Assembly: GCA_030264375.1 (NCBI GenBank)
Contig: JASCQW010000027.1
Location: forward strand, 55,355,351-55,419,350
DNA from: Carcharhinus longimanus
Taxonomy: Eukaryota
Length of the DNA: 64,000 bases
Reading direction: 5' to 3'
A program made the translations under genes and the position numbers. Every line of letters begins with the position of its first letter. The stretch's first letter is position 1. Positions 49,401 through 56,646 of the stretch are shown piece after piece. The notes under the pieces were generated by a model. The model did no database searches, had not been told where the DNA came from, and worked only from the letters and a program-made list of their open reading frames with translations.

Positions 49401-51377
49401 GCAGCATATTTCTACTTTTCTCTGAGTGACATTGTCAATTGGTGCCACATCAACGGTAGTTGTGGGCCCATGCAATACTGGAAAATGGGTTGAAGCCAAA
49501 GCCCATTTTACGTAGTACTCTTAAAACAGGTAACAAAAGAATCAGTTCTAATCCAGGTCTTAGTCTTCAAAAGCCAATATTAAAATTACTTTGTCACCCA
49601 ACCCATTTTCTTATATATTAAACTAATGAGATTTTGCCTTCTGTTCCTATTATTTTCTTTTAGTGACTTTATTTTTCTGCTCATTTAGTTATCCGAGAAT
49701 CAAATGTTGTGCAGTTGGATGTGGACTCTGAGGTAAACTATGTTGTGGGACCAATAAGTTCACACTCTTTAAATACTAAGGAGCCAGTATTTGTTGGAGG
49801 AGTGCCAGGTAAACACAATTTTTGAATTTTTTCTTTGCACAAGTGGAGGAATATTGCCAATGGATCATTTTGATCTGGAATTACTTTGGTGAAACTATTG
49901 TGTTGGGCAGAAGTTTCCCAGTCCTGCATAAACAGGATTCGAAGTAGAGGGACTGGGGGTCAGGAAAATCAGGGTGACCTGTGCGGAGACAATTCCCTGG
50001 ACATTCCTACCACTGGGAATGTTTCCCAGGGCAGGGTGGGATGTGAATCAGTTGTTCATTCTACAGAGGCGGGTAGACAACCAATTTGAATACGTAAGGC
50101 TTGTCCTTGTCAAAGGTGCTGTCAGTTATGCATTTCAGATTTGGTTCTGTTGCCCAGTGCTTAGGCACAGAGGTGAGGCAGGTAAATTAATGTTAAATTG
50201 ACTCAGTATTTAATTCCCTTAAAAGGATGAATGTGAACCCAACTTGGTTTCATTAAAATTCTACTTTAGGAGCAAAAGTAAGAACTCCTGTTAGCATTAA
50301 CAAAGCAATATATTACGACTGTCCTGTTTCATGTTTACAAAAGCCAAAATTGCTAACTCAAATTAGTTAGATTGCATTGGGGGCTAAAGTAGGAAGCCAA
50401 TCAAGCTGTTCCAAATTGAATCTATGCTTGTGAAATAACTGCACAATCTCACAAACTGCAGAATGCAGCCTTTCTGCTACAGTTCAGCAGAAATTTCACA
50501 ACACAAGTAGGCCATTCAGCTCCTCAGCCTTCTCCACCATCCAATAAGATCATGGCAGATCTGTACCCAAACATGATCTGTCTCTGGAATACTTAATACC
50601 CTCCCCNNNNNNNNNNNNNNNNNNNNNNNNNNNNNNNNNNNNNNNNNNNNNNNNNNNNNNNNNNNNNNNNNNNNNNNNNNNNNNNNNNNNNNNNNNNNNN
50701 NNNNNNNNNNNNNNNNNNNNNNNNNNNNNNNNNNNNNNNNNNNNNNNNNNNNNNNNNNNNNNNNNNNNNNNNNNNNNNNNNNNNNNNNNNNNNNNNNNNN
50801 NNNNNNNNNNNNNNNNNNNNNNNNNNNNNNNNNNNNNNNNNNNNNNNNNNNNAGGAGGATATTGGAAGTTAAATTCTAGCACATACTAAATGATGATAAC
50901 TTAATGCTTTTTCCATGAATGAACTGAGACAGTCAAATGGTCACCTACCTCAATACCTACTTTGTCATGCTGTGAAACAATTTTTGAAAGATACTTTTAT
51001 TTGTTTATGGGATGTAAGCCATGTCAGAAAGATTGCCCTAATTACCCAATACCTGGTTTCTCTGAACAGATGGTGATGGGCTACATTCAACTGCTGCTGT
51101 CCTTGTGATAAAACAGAGCTAGGGAAATTTGAATTGACAGTGTGGCCACCATGTTTCAGTTTGATAAGCATTTTGTAATTATTAATTAAAATTAGTGCAA
51201 CTTGCGGAATAATTTTGTTTTGTTTTCATAGAGTTACTATTCAGCCCAAGGTTGACCATGTACCAGTCATTCACTGGCTGCATAAGAAACTTCAACATCA
51301 ATGAAACTCCTGTCATTTTCACTAAAGCTGCACTGGTCAGTGGAGGAGTCAGCATCAACTCATGCCCAGCAATCTAG
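1300..51377 (+). CDS. lama4: Laminin subunit alpha-4, 3' part of gene (5'-partial; 23 coding exons, ~1134 aa: end of coiled coil plus LG1-LG5)
   Basis: Hand-spliced join of 23 GT-AG exons is phase-consistent and open to TAG at 51375-51377. The peptides follow recalled human LAMA4 closely and in order (e.g. NLTEIVPQLLDKLRIVEQKKPA, ASLNLPGFVGCIELATLN, EVEDFQTYAEKVHTSL, VIRESNVVQLDVDSEVN, KAALVSGGVSINSCPA). Confidence 0.96.
1649..2293 (+). mobile_element. CR1 LINE 3' fragment, interrupted at ~2073-2235 by a copy of intronic sequence
   Basis: Decayed ORF2 C-terminus (ttggagtttagaagaatgagagaggatcttattgaaac) and ttcttatgttcttatg tail. Confidence 0.85.
2626..2850 (+). mobile_element. CR1 LINE 3' end (subfamily with (TTCTTTG)n tail)
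   Basis: Encodes EAVEADTIVTFKGHLDKYM, typical of the CR1 ORF2 C-terminus, followed by a tandem tail. Confidence 0.8.
3080..3262 (+). CDS. lama4: lama4 exon (coiled coil; SNRNQLEQSKLIAEEARG...KKTVNSAGGT)
   Basis: tctcAG / GTacag; 183 nt, phase 1 to 1; aligns to the human QSRLITEEANR...AVNSA region. Confidence 0.9.
3648..3820 (+). mobile_element. tRNA-derived V-SINE (HE1-like), 3'-truncated
   Basis: A/B-box head (gggacctgggttcaatt) and V-core gtggagtctgcacgttctccccatgtctgcatgggtttcctcc. Confidence 0.8.
4295..4434 (+). CDS. lama4: lama4 exon (VGNLTEIVPQLLDKLRIVEQKKPANNISASIRRIRELIAQTRNVASK; end of domain I/II)
   Basis: tttccAG / GTgaga; 140 nt, phase 1 to 0; near-identical to recalled LAMA4. 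Confidence 0.95.
4620..5078 (-). mobile_element. CR1 LINE 3' fragment
   Basis: Minus ORF EERLDKLSLYSLEFRRVRGDFVETYKILRGLDRVD matches the CR1 ORF2 C-terminus; CR1 tail present. Confidence 0.88.
5811..5984 (+). CDS. lama4: lama4 exon (LG1 start; VQVSMKFNGQSAVEV...DRFILYLGNKN)
   Basis: cacttcAG / GTgaga; 174 nt, phase 0 to 0. Confidence 0.95.
6117..6262 (+). CDS. lama4: lama4 exon (LG1; GRKDYIGLSIKNDNLVYVYNLG...YFNLIKIER)
   Basis: ttttctAG / GTaact; 146 nt, phase 0 to 2; preceded by a 132-nt intron. Confidence 0.95.
7309..7471 (+). CDS. lama4: lama4 exon (LG1; VGRHGKIQLTIPSP...VFYVGGVPPDFQ)
   Basis: tctgatAG / GTatgt; 163 nt, phase 2 to 0. Confidence 0.95.
7995..8850 (+). mobile_element. Penelope-like element 3' remnant hosting nested insertions
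   Basis: RCKLEEQHNIFRIDTF resembles the PLE GIY-YIG C-terminus; tail gctgtcagacctgctgagattttccagcactttctg; decayed hammerhead-like segment at 8711-8752. Confidence 0.65.
8219..8527 (-). mobile_element. V-SINE (HE1-like) with CR1-type tail, interrupted by a gap and a short repeat (8408-8483)
   Basis: Tail tcatagaatccctac, V-core ctaacctgcacatttttggactgtgg and head ctggcactgtgaggcaacagtgctaaccactgtg; homologous to 57303-57634. Confidence 0.8.
8917..9240 (-). mobile_element. CR1 LINE 3' fragment
   Basis: (CATAGAA)n tail followed by cagtacaggcccttcggccc and decayed ORF2 end. Confidence 0.8.
9797..9930 (+). CDS. lama4: lama4 exon (LG1 end; PPASLNLPGFVGCIELATLNDDIISLYNFKQ...PCTR)
   Basis: gtcacAG / GTaagc; 134 nt, phase 0 to 2. 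Confidence 0.95.
10553..10626 (-). mobile_element. CR1 LINE 3' tail (young subfamily), runs into a 445-N gap
   Basis: Near-identical to the 801-875 tail. Confidence 0.85.
11855..12227 (+). mobile_element. CR1 LINE 3' fragment
   Basis: gagatgaagaggaatttcttctctgagggt...tttggaattctctaccc...cagatcagcc...ctactcctgcttctgtttcttgtgttc. Confidence 0.85.
13978..14240 (+). mobile_element. CR1 LINE fragment spanning a gap
   Basis: LAFIGRGIEYKS..LMLQLYRTLVRP (CR1 ORF2) before the gap; gggccgaagggcctgttt...ttgttctttgttct tail after it. Confidence 0.8.
15672..15843 (+). CDS. lama4: lama4 exon (LG2 start; YRLSFAQSRTANFYFDGSGYA...RTPADNALLLLMVKG)
   Basis: attgtAG / GTaagg; 172 nt, phase 2 to 0. Confidence 0.95.
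17042..17315 (+). mobile_element. Probable solo LTR
   Basis: TG...CA ends (tgtgat / attaca), GC-rich U3-like part with ccaat, and AATAAA near the 3' end; no clear TSD. Confidence 0.45.
17712..17843 (+). CDS. lama4: lama4 exon (LG2; DTFFSMEMQNGYIRLVYDFGFSKGPV...INDAKYHE)
   Basis: tttcctcAG / GTaaat; 132 nt, phase 0 to 0. Confidence 0.95.
18130..18440 (+). mobile_element. Old L2-type LINE 3' end
   Basis: ccttcagttgcc..aagctctgaaattc-like segment, ctcctttaagcc and tgaagcaccttgg...tgtaagttactgctgttg tail; a related minus copy lies at 21420-21770. Confidence 0.55.
19013..19138. mobile_element. Short MITE-like element with terminal inverted repeats
   Basis: gggggaattttc at the left end and gaaaattcctct at the right end; GC-rich interior. 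Confidence 0.6.
19183..19322 (+). CDS. lama4: lama4 exon (LG2; VAFIYHNSKKMILLIDR...FTDVYVGGAPVQVLS)
   Basis: ttccttcAG / GTgggt; 140 nt, phase 0 to 2. Confidence 0.95.
19482..19778 (+). mobile_element. Full-length V-SINE (HE1-like head and core) with a non-CR1 tail
   Basis: gggcgatgcggtggc...gcctcacagcgccagggacctgggtttgatt head; V-core; tail cacagtaacttcattgcagt...cactaataaataaa. The empty site is visible in the paralogous segment at ~17960. Confidence 0.88.
20140..20350 (-). mobile_element. Penelope-like element remnant
   Basis: Minus translation NLSHLRLEEQLATYRP resembles the PLE C-terminal motif seen at ~8040. Confidence 0.45.
20953..21226 (-). mobile_element. 5'-truncated CR1 LINE (young subfamily) spanning a gap
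   Basis: Tail matches the 801-875 type; beyond the gap KCEVIHFGRNNGRKDYYLQGEKLQ is CR1 ORF2. Confidence 0.87.
21420..21770 (-). mobile_element. Old L2-type LINE 3' end
   Basis: caacaacatattttat..ggcaacttt...ccaaggtgcttcacagg; gcttaggacatagacaactgcagg; complementary to the 18130-18440 family. Confidence 0.5.
23484..23619 (+). CDS. lama4: lama4 exon (LG2 end; LKSYIAVDAGFRGCLRSFQFQRRDFN...GCPEESL)
   Basis: ctgtgtAG / GTaagt; 136 nt, phase 2 to 0. Confidence 0.95.
24392..24529 (+). CDS. lama4: lama4 exon (LG3 start; MSRMAYFNGDSFI...FEGGFNFRTLQSNGLLFFYSEG)
   Basis: gttcacAG / GTgagt; 138 nt, phase 0 to 0. Confidence 0.95.
25544..25677 (+). CDS. lama4: lama4 exon (LG3; PDTFLLSLDNGTVIF...KKQYNDGWNHFIRATVTSS)
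   Basis: cttctcAG / GTaatt; 134 nt, phase 0 to 2. Confidence 0.93.
26102..26254 (+). CDS. lama4: lama4 exon (LG3; CQLMVDDEDK...KFYLGGSPHNQYINFTGCISNAYLSR)
   Basis: ttctttcAG / GTcaga; 153 nt, phase 2 to 2. Confidence 0.94.
26495..28721 (+). mobile_element. CR1 LINE, ~2.2 kb, 5'-truncated, frameshifted ORF2 (reverse transcriptase), two internal gaps
   Basis: PGPDGMYPRLLWEA, PGNYRPVSLTSVVGK, YMDFSKAFDKIPH, GVPQGSVLGPLLFVIFINDLD; (TTCTATG)n tail. Confidence 0.93.
28722..28757 (-). pseudogene. U2: U2 snRNA 5' fragment (U2 nt ~4-37)
   Basis: Minus strand reads ggcctcttggctaagatcaagtgtagt against U2 nt 11-37 GGCCTTTTGGCTAAGATCAAGTGTAGT (26/27); probable continuation atctgt at 26489-26494. Confidence 0.85.
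29357..31455 (-). mobile_element. CR1 LINE, ~2.1 kb, degenerate ORF2
   Basis: Minus-strand frames GNYRLVSLTSVVGKILESIIKD, QHGFVKGSSCLTNLLEFFE, GVPQKSVLGP, KFADDTK, LGLYSLEFRRVR; many stops and frameshifts. Confidence 0.93.
35785..36324. mobile_element. ~540-bp element with ~60-bp imperfect inverted ends (Penelope-like pLTR derivative with hammerhead-like cores)
   Basis: ctgaaaagagaaacatg (35791) and catgtttctcttttcag (36302-36318) form a perfect 17-bp inverted match that extends imperfectly to tcatcagg / cctgatga. Confidence 0.7.
36414..36567 (+). CDS. lama4: lama4 exon (LG3 end and LG3-LG4 linker; TDKDIEVEDFQTYAEKVHTSLHGCP...KAKRGRGRK)
   Basis: tgttgtAG / GTaacc; 154 nt, phase 2 to 0. Confidence 0.95.
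37028..37221 (+). CDS. lama4: lama4 exon (linker and LG4 start; VDSDKAILPEA...HCHLLNNPKTIQHAYQYGGIPNSRQE...FNRK)
   Basis: ttttggcaaAG (weaker AAG acceptor) / GTgagt; 194 nt, phase 0 to 2. Confidence 0.9.
37883..38183 (+). mobile_element. CR1 LINE (young subfamily) spanning a gap
   Basis: WLSNRRQRVGVNGCYSDWRMVTSG (RT domain) before the gap; (TTCTTATG)n tail after it. Confidence 0.88.
38226..38415 (+). CDS. lama4: lama4 exon (LG4; SNFSVSVRTQSSHGLIFYV...EKYNDGLWHN)
   Basis: atttttAG / GTaagt; 190 nt, phase 2 to 0. Confidence 0.95.
38880..39065 (+). mobile_element. Deu-domain SINE (SacSINE1/AmnSINE1-like), 3' part
   Basis: cattatcacattgctgtttgtggaagcttgctg...cattacaacagtgac...aaaggcacaatataaatgcaagtctttc; homologous to 59497-59795 and 61240-61480. 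Confidence 0.7.
40834..40989 (+). CDS. lama4: lama4 exon (LG4; VVFTHENNKGRLIIDG...FYVGGVPLGKAAKNIQ)
   Basis: ttgttcAG / GTaatt; 156 nt, phase 0 to 0. Confidence 0.95.
41900..42160 (+). mobile_element. tRNA-derived SINE (family B), adjoining a minus-strand CR1 tail (41820-41899)
   Basis: ggactagtaatcgagagacccagg...ggtgaaatttgaattcaataaaaa...ggcctacatgtaatctccagatccacagcaatg; homologous to 47661-48018. Confidence 0.75.
42335..42667 (-). mobile_element. Probable solo LTR
   Basis: Ends TGTTGTA...TATAACA (7-bp imperfect inverted repeat); minus-strand TATA (~42470) upstream of AATAAA (~42392); no TSD found. Confidence 0.5.
43085..43418 (+). mobile_element. LINE 3' end (CR1/L2 group) whose tail matches SINE family B
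   Basis: caccacctgcaagttccc..ccaagccacacaccatcctgact...gctgggtcaaaatcc...gatgcccacgtcccatgaaagaataac. Confidence 0.65.
43660..43964 (-). mobile_element. V-SINE (HE1-like) with CR1-type tail
   Basis: atcatagaatccctac tail; V-core tgcacatctttggactgtgggaggaaacc...ggaaacccatgcagac; tRNA-like head. Confidence 0.88.
44050..45244 (-). mobile_element. Ty3/Gypsy LTR retrotransposon remnant (5' LTR, gag and RNase H fragments, internally deleted)
   Basis: Minus frames LCNRLVCKIQNEAIQKKLLMERTLTLKSAVDIS (gag-like) and KLQLACDASLYRIGAVVLH (RNase H CDAS motif); LTR-like start tgttagaatgtaac at 45244 with a TATA element. Confidence 0.75.
46675..46834 (+). CDS. lama4: lama4 exon (LG4 end, LG5 start; IKSVQSFNGCLQNFQLN...PCFEGRTEPGTYFSPEGGYVIL)
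   Basis: ttttctcAG / GTaagt; 160 nt, phase 0 to 1. Confidence 0.95.
46913..47521. mobile_element. MITE-like non-autonomous element
   Basis: Terminal inverted repeats ggctgggttttcc / ggaaaattcagcc; GC-richer interior. Confidence 0.55.
47661..48018 (+). mobile_element. Full-length tRNA-derived SINE (family B)
   Basis: A box (tggtgtaatagt) and B box (ggttcgaatccc); body shared with the 41900, 54455 and 60025 copies; A-rich end. Confidence 0.85.
48132..48262 (+). CDS. lama4: lama4 exon (LG5; DDSFNLGLRFELVFEVRAR...YLNLFMENGK)
   Basis: attttcAG / GTaagg; 131 nt, phase 1 to 0. Confidence 0.95.
48466..48559 (+). CDS. lama4: lama4 exon (LG5; VKLKVSNGTAEFETSVTPKQSLCDSRWHRIA)
   Basis: cattgcAG / GTaatg; 94 nt, phase 0 to 1. 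Confidence 0.95.
49689..49808 (+). CDS. lama4: lama4 exon (LG5; VIRESNVVQLDVDSEVNYVVGP...EPVFVGGVP)
   Basis: tcatttAG / GTaaac; 120 nt, phase 1 to 1. Confidence 0.95.
50500..50606 (-). mobile_element. CR1 LINE 3' tail running into a gap
   Basis: gtaggccattcagctcctcagccttctccaccatccaataagatcatggcagatctg. Confidence 0.7.
51232..51377 (+). CDS. lama4: lama4 terminal coding exon (ELLFSPRL...FTGCIRNFNINETPVIFTKAALVSGGVSINSCPAI*)
   Basis: ttttcatAG acceptor; 146 nt to stop TAG at 51375-51377; matches the recalled LAMA4 C-terminus SINSCPAA. Confidence 0.95.
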
Positions 51378-54323
51378 TGCTTGCAAACACCGCTTCTGCA
51401 ATACATACCCAACAGCCTGAAGGAAAACGGAAGCAATTTCACATTTTCATACTTGGGGGTGCAGTAATTTATCTCAATGGAATCATCTGTGGGCCATTAA
51501 TTATTTGCCACTTTCTTCATCACATTGTTTTCCTGTTTGTCCATATACTTATTTTATTTCATGGTTTCTTTCAACGTATTAATTCTAATTAGAACCAACA
51601 AAGTTTAAATTCTGGTTTGTTGCTTTAGGCTTGAAAGTGCTAAGAATCCAAATCTGGGTCATCAAAGGGCCAAACTATTAGTTCCAGATAATGAATTGCT
51701 GGTCTTAACATGTGCACAGAACAAAGTGGCATCACCATCTCTGATATTAATTTTAAACAGAGTGTTTAGCTAACCACTCTATTTGAAATTAATGCCAGTG
51801 AAAACAGGGCTGCTTTGTGATGTGCACATGCAAGACAAGCAATGACTCAGATCAGAAGTTTTATTAATCAGAGAGGATCAATTTCATGAACATTAATGTT
51901 GCTCAAAAAGAACAAATTAAAAACCATATCATTTTGGACCTACAAGACCTCACATTCTGTCACCTGGGTAACATGGTGCATTTTCCAATTTCCTGCCCAA
52001 CATGTGCCTCTGTTGCATGACTTACAGGCAACTGTCTAGCTAAATGATTTAAGTTAGTGATTTGGAATGGTCTCCTTGGCTACAAGCAGCAGGGAGTCCC
52101 ACACTATCCAATTTCCAGCCGAGGGCCTCAACGGACCTTTGGGTCTAATTAAATTCAAATCGCTCCATAAGGGGAAAGACTTTTTCAGAATGTATTTCCC
52201 ATAGAGTTTTAAATAGTGACTTGATTGCTGAGTGAAAAGAACATTTGAATGCCCTCTAAATCTGATTTTATATAACTGTAATATCAGTTTCAGTTCATCT
52301 ACCTATACCTGTATTATACTGTATCATAGTTACGGCAAAAATCCTCAGAACCTATCCAGTATAAAGAACGCATAAGTTACCCATAACTTCTGAAATTATC
52401 GTATTTAAAAATATACTAAATCAATGTTCACAGGATATAGGAGTGACAACTACTTGTTAATATCTTTTCCTTTTACTCTTCAGTTTGTATCTCAAAGCTG
52501 CATTCTGTGGTATATATGAAAACTGGGTTAAATGGATAGCTCTTTGAATGTTGATAATAGTCATTAATGATCTGCAAATTAAGATTTAAAGGATTTATTC
52601 TGGTCATGAATCAGTCACAGAATTAACAGGCTTTTGGAACCCAAATGCTAAATTAACATCTGCCAATTAGCATTCAATGCATACATTGTGTAGTCAGAAA
52701 TTTTCTTACTTTGTCATAGTTAACATTCACTTGTGATTTTGGATATCAGGATGAGAGGGATTTCAAACACATTTTACCCACCGCTGTTGTCATTTCAGCC
52801 CAGCCATCAGTTAACAGGAAATGGAGTGCTGTGGGGTCCTCTTGTGGTAGTGCTGCAACATGACACTGTCATAATTTCGACATTTTCCAATAGTGCATTT
52901 GAGATTAAAATGTATTTGTCAGTTTCAGCCATCCAAAAACATTAACAGTGAAATCAGTAAAGTATTCAAAATTTCCAAAATTATACTAACCCACATTATT
53001 TCCAATTACATGTCTTTGGTGATTTTTCCACCACACCCAGTCATCACACTGAGAATGCATGCATGCACTGAACAGTCACCCGTACGACCAGAGTAGAGAT
53101 TTTTGGAAGCAAAATCCCGCTGGAGACAGCACAAATGGTGATATTCACCATTGCTCCAGTTACAGCTGGAGTTTAGAAGAAGCCCTATGGAAATATACTG
53201 ACAGCAATGACAACTTTCTTATTAAATAGACAGGATAGATTGCACAGCCTGGCCATATGCTCTAATGAAATATTTGATATCATCCTCTAAATAAAACCTA
53301 ATTGTCACAGGCTTCCTTTAATATACTAATATCTTTATTTGAATATAGAAATATCATTAATACTTGCAACTGTATTTGTGATGCTGTACAATTCACCAGA
53401 GGGAATTTATTTTATAAGAGAGCTGCAAATCCATTAGTTGACCCTTCAATTGTTGTATTAACAACAATCTCTAAACTTTGAGTTACAGCAAATACTTGCT
53501 CAATTCTGGATGTACTGAATATTATTTTAAACTCATGGGTGATCAGTATATAACCATATGTCATGATGGATATGGATTAAGTATAGCCAAATAATTAAAC
53601 CATAACAATTCATTCCTTAAATATTATAATAGATTTTGTGCTTTTAGGATACAATTATAAAGAACTAAAATAAGAAATCAATAAATCCAAGAAATAATAG
53701 CCTTCATACTCCCAGCTCACCAGCCTGTCTCATCATTAGCATTGTTAATATTCTAATCTTATATCTTAAGTAGCACTACACATGGTTCAAGTGCAGGCAA
53801 TCTGTAACCAAATCACAAATTGGCTTGTAAGAATGTCTGTGTTTTGCCCTTTCTATAGCCACATAACTAAAGTGAGCCTGTCACTAACATACTGTATTCA
53901 CTGGGGAGGTAACTGTCAGAATGAAAGCAACCAGAGACTAATCCTGCTGCAATAGGAAGTTTGTCACACAAGCAGAAAAAAGACTGAAAATATGCTGAGT
54001 GGCATGGAGAACCAATTTTGAGGAAAAGAACACATATATACTTCAAGGCCTGATGATGGCACCGATGTTGGATTCCTACAATGAGATTCTCGAGAGCAGT
54101 CAATCAATTTTATCTCACTGTTCAAAAGCAACCCATCAACTGAGTATTACTGCCCTTCCCTCACCTTTTGCATGTAACTGTTAAGATGTACACATCGATA
54201 TCCGGCCAGCTTTTCTCTGTGCTTAATGAAAACTGTATTTGGGCACTTGGTAAATATACATACATACATCTACAGTAATGCTTTGAAATGTTGTCTCAAT
54301 GTAGTTACTTCCAACACTGATCT

Positions 54324-54433
54324 AATAAATTGCAGAACTTAAGTTTCAAATAGATTATTGTGAATTTTGAGTTTATAAAAATTGTGCAACAAAGGAATTG
54401 CAAGTATTTCTGAATTATTCTTTGGAAAATAAA
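54324..54433 (+). terminator. Candidate lama4 polyadenylation signals (AATAAA at 54324 and 54428; others at 53290 and 53680)
   Basis: Canonical hexamers at the end of a ~3-kb, largely repeat-free AT-rich stretch after the stop, with U/GU-rich sequence downstream. The site actually used cannot be determined from sequence. Confidence 0.45.
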
Positions 54434-54454
54434 GATTCATTTGTTAAATTGTGA

Positions 54455-54622
54455 GTTCATTAATGTCCTTTAGGGAACAAAATCTGTCATTCTTACCTGG
54501 TCTGGCTTACATGTGACTCTAGACCGACAGCAATGTGGTTGTTTTTTAAATGCCCTCAGGGATGAGCAACAAATACAGGCCCAACCAGCGATGCCAACAT
54601 CCCATGAACGAGTAAAACAAAA
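54455..54622 (+). mobile_element. SINE family B, 3' half
   Basis: gttcattaatgtcctttaggga..aaatctg...acatgtgactctagaccgacagcaatgtggtt...catcccatgaacgagtaaa. Confidence 0.75.
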
Positions 54623-54681
54623 ATTCAAAGACCACTATCAACTTCCCATTCTCTCACAATGACCTTTTTCCCAAATATTTT

Positions 54682-54955
54682 TAAGACGCGGGTTGATGGG
54701 TTTTTAATAAGAGAGGGGATTAAGGGTTATGGGGAGAGGGCGGGAATGTGGAACTGAGCCACGACAGATCAGCCATGATCNNNNNNNNNNNNNNNNNNNN
54801 NNNNNNNNNNNNNNNNNNNNNNNNNNNNNNNNNNNNNNNNNNNNNNNNNNNNNNNNNNNNNNNNNNNNNNNNNNNNNNNNATTGAATGGCGGGGCAGGCT
54901 CGAAGGGCTAGTTGGCCTACTCCTGCTCCTATTTCTTATGTTCTTATGTTCTTAT
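54682..54955 (+). mobile_element. CR1 LINE 3' end (young subfamily) spanning a gap
   Basis: cagatcagccatgatc[N]attgaatggcggggcaggctcg...(TTCTTATG)n. Confidence 0.85.
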
Positions 54956-55351
54956 TACTAGACTGGGTGGGCCTCATAAGTATTACTCCAGTGTCATGTG
55001 ATCAAAGCTGAGTTTTAGTAACTCCATCCCTATTACTACGGATCCCACCAGAACCATCAATTGTCAGCCAATATGACAACCAGGCTTTGGAACTAGTTGC
55101 AAGTCATGAAGCAGTCAAAGTACTTAAACTGTTCCAGCATCCAAGTTCACCTGTAACAACCTTCTGGATGTTTGACTGCAAAAAAGCTTGCGGTCTGCAG
55201 GGAATCCCTGCAAGACATTCACTTCAACTTTAAATTGTCAAATTCATTCAAATAAACCACAGGTTTGTGAGGTGACAGACAAGAAATTATAAATCAGAAA
55301 CTGAATTAACTGCAATCTGTAGAAGTGCGTAATCTTTATCTGTATTCTGTA

Positions 55352-55377
<26 letters not shown>
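55352..55377. repeat. (TG)n microsatellite
   Basis: Run of about 12 TG units followed by cgcgc. Confidence 0.9.
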
Positions 55378-55383
<6 letters not shown>

Positions 55384-55639
55384 CGTAAGACCAAGTGTGT
55401 GATGTTGAGTTTATTTCAATTAAGTGTGGGAGAATAAATAACTTCATTTTAAACTCATGAAAGCTTGTGAATTATTTAATTGGAATGTATATTCCATGGC
55501 TAAAAAAAGACAGACCTCTTCCTTTACAAAACATATGGAAAAAACAAATACAGTCTGTGACGCAAGGATGAGAATTTTAAAATTGACAGGGAATAATTTT
55601 TGTCAATCTCTCCTTAACTCCAACATATCCTGATCTTCT

Positions 55640-55845
55640 GCTCTACCTGCTCCACTCTCCTATCCCATCATATGATGCATCGCATTTCGACCCCACTTCA
55701 ACTTTAAAGAAGTCATACAAACTTGAAACATTAACTCTGTTTCTCTCTCCATGGATGCTGCCAAATCTGCTGAGTGCATCTAACATTTCACACACATTTT
55801 CCAGTATTTTGTTTTATTTGATTTCCAGCATCTGCAGTATTTGGC
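55640..55845 (+). mobile_element. Penelope-like tail remnant
   Basis: gaagtcatacaaacttgaaacattaactctgtttctctctcc..gatgctgccaaatctgctgagt...atttccagcatctgcagtatt; homologous to 8711-8840. Confidence 0.6.
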
Positions 55846-56534
55846 TGATATTTGAGGGAGCCAATATAGATTAGTGAACAAAGGCTAGAAATACTTTTGT
55901 GTCAAGTGCAATATTTCTGACTCCAACTGACTGAGTTCAACCTTTGCTGCACTGTGTTAATCTGCACAAAGGACCTCACTTTTGCAGCTGGACACAAGGC
56001 AAACACAGTTCTAGTCAAAGGAATGTGGATAAGTCTTTTGTCCACTTCCTATCAAGAGGGCATATCTGAGGGAGTTACCAAGCTACCTATCAACTACACC
56101 TCCAATACCTGCAAAGAATAGATTGACAGCTGACAGTTGACAAAAGTTCCATCCGAAAGTCCTAGTAAGGCTCAAAACCAGGACCTGTCTCGACAAGTTT
56201 GGGATGGGGCCTATTCCTCTACCCGTGCTTCTGTCATTGAGGCAGGATTCCCAGAAGTTTGGGGCCAAGATGTGTAAAATGTAGTGTCCATTTGTGCCCT
56301 GAGCTTGAAGAAGTCACTAAATCATCTAATAATTACAGAAATAATAGGAATCTGAAGTTAATTTGTCATCAGACGTTTTACTGACACAAATAGACTAGCA
56401 ACCTCAAATGAGAGTCACCAGTTATGAAACAACTTTTCAGAACGCAACGAAGAAATGAAGAGCCTTGGCGTCTGGCACCAACTTCAAGATTTCATCTGCT
56501 GAAACTGAATCACAGGTGCTGGTGCGATGAACTC

Positions 56535-56646
56535 TTAGGAAGCCTGTCCACATTGTAAGTTTGAAGGTCTTCCCATGGTTACATAGACATCAATAGGCAC
56601 ATTAGTAATTGTCAGGCAGTGACTCCCATTGCATCTCCTAAGTTGC
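56535..56646 (-). CDS. fam229b: fam229b last coding exon ((R)QLRRCNGSHCLTITNVPIDVYVTMGRPSNLQCGQAS*)
   Basis: Acceptor tcacacAG (ct on + at 56647-56648); 112 nt to TAA; conserved FAM229 C-terminal motif. Confidence 0.88.
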
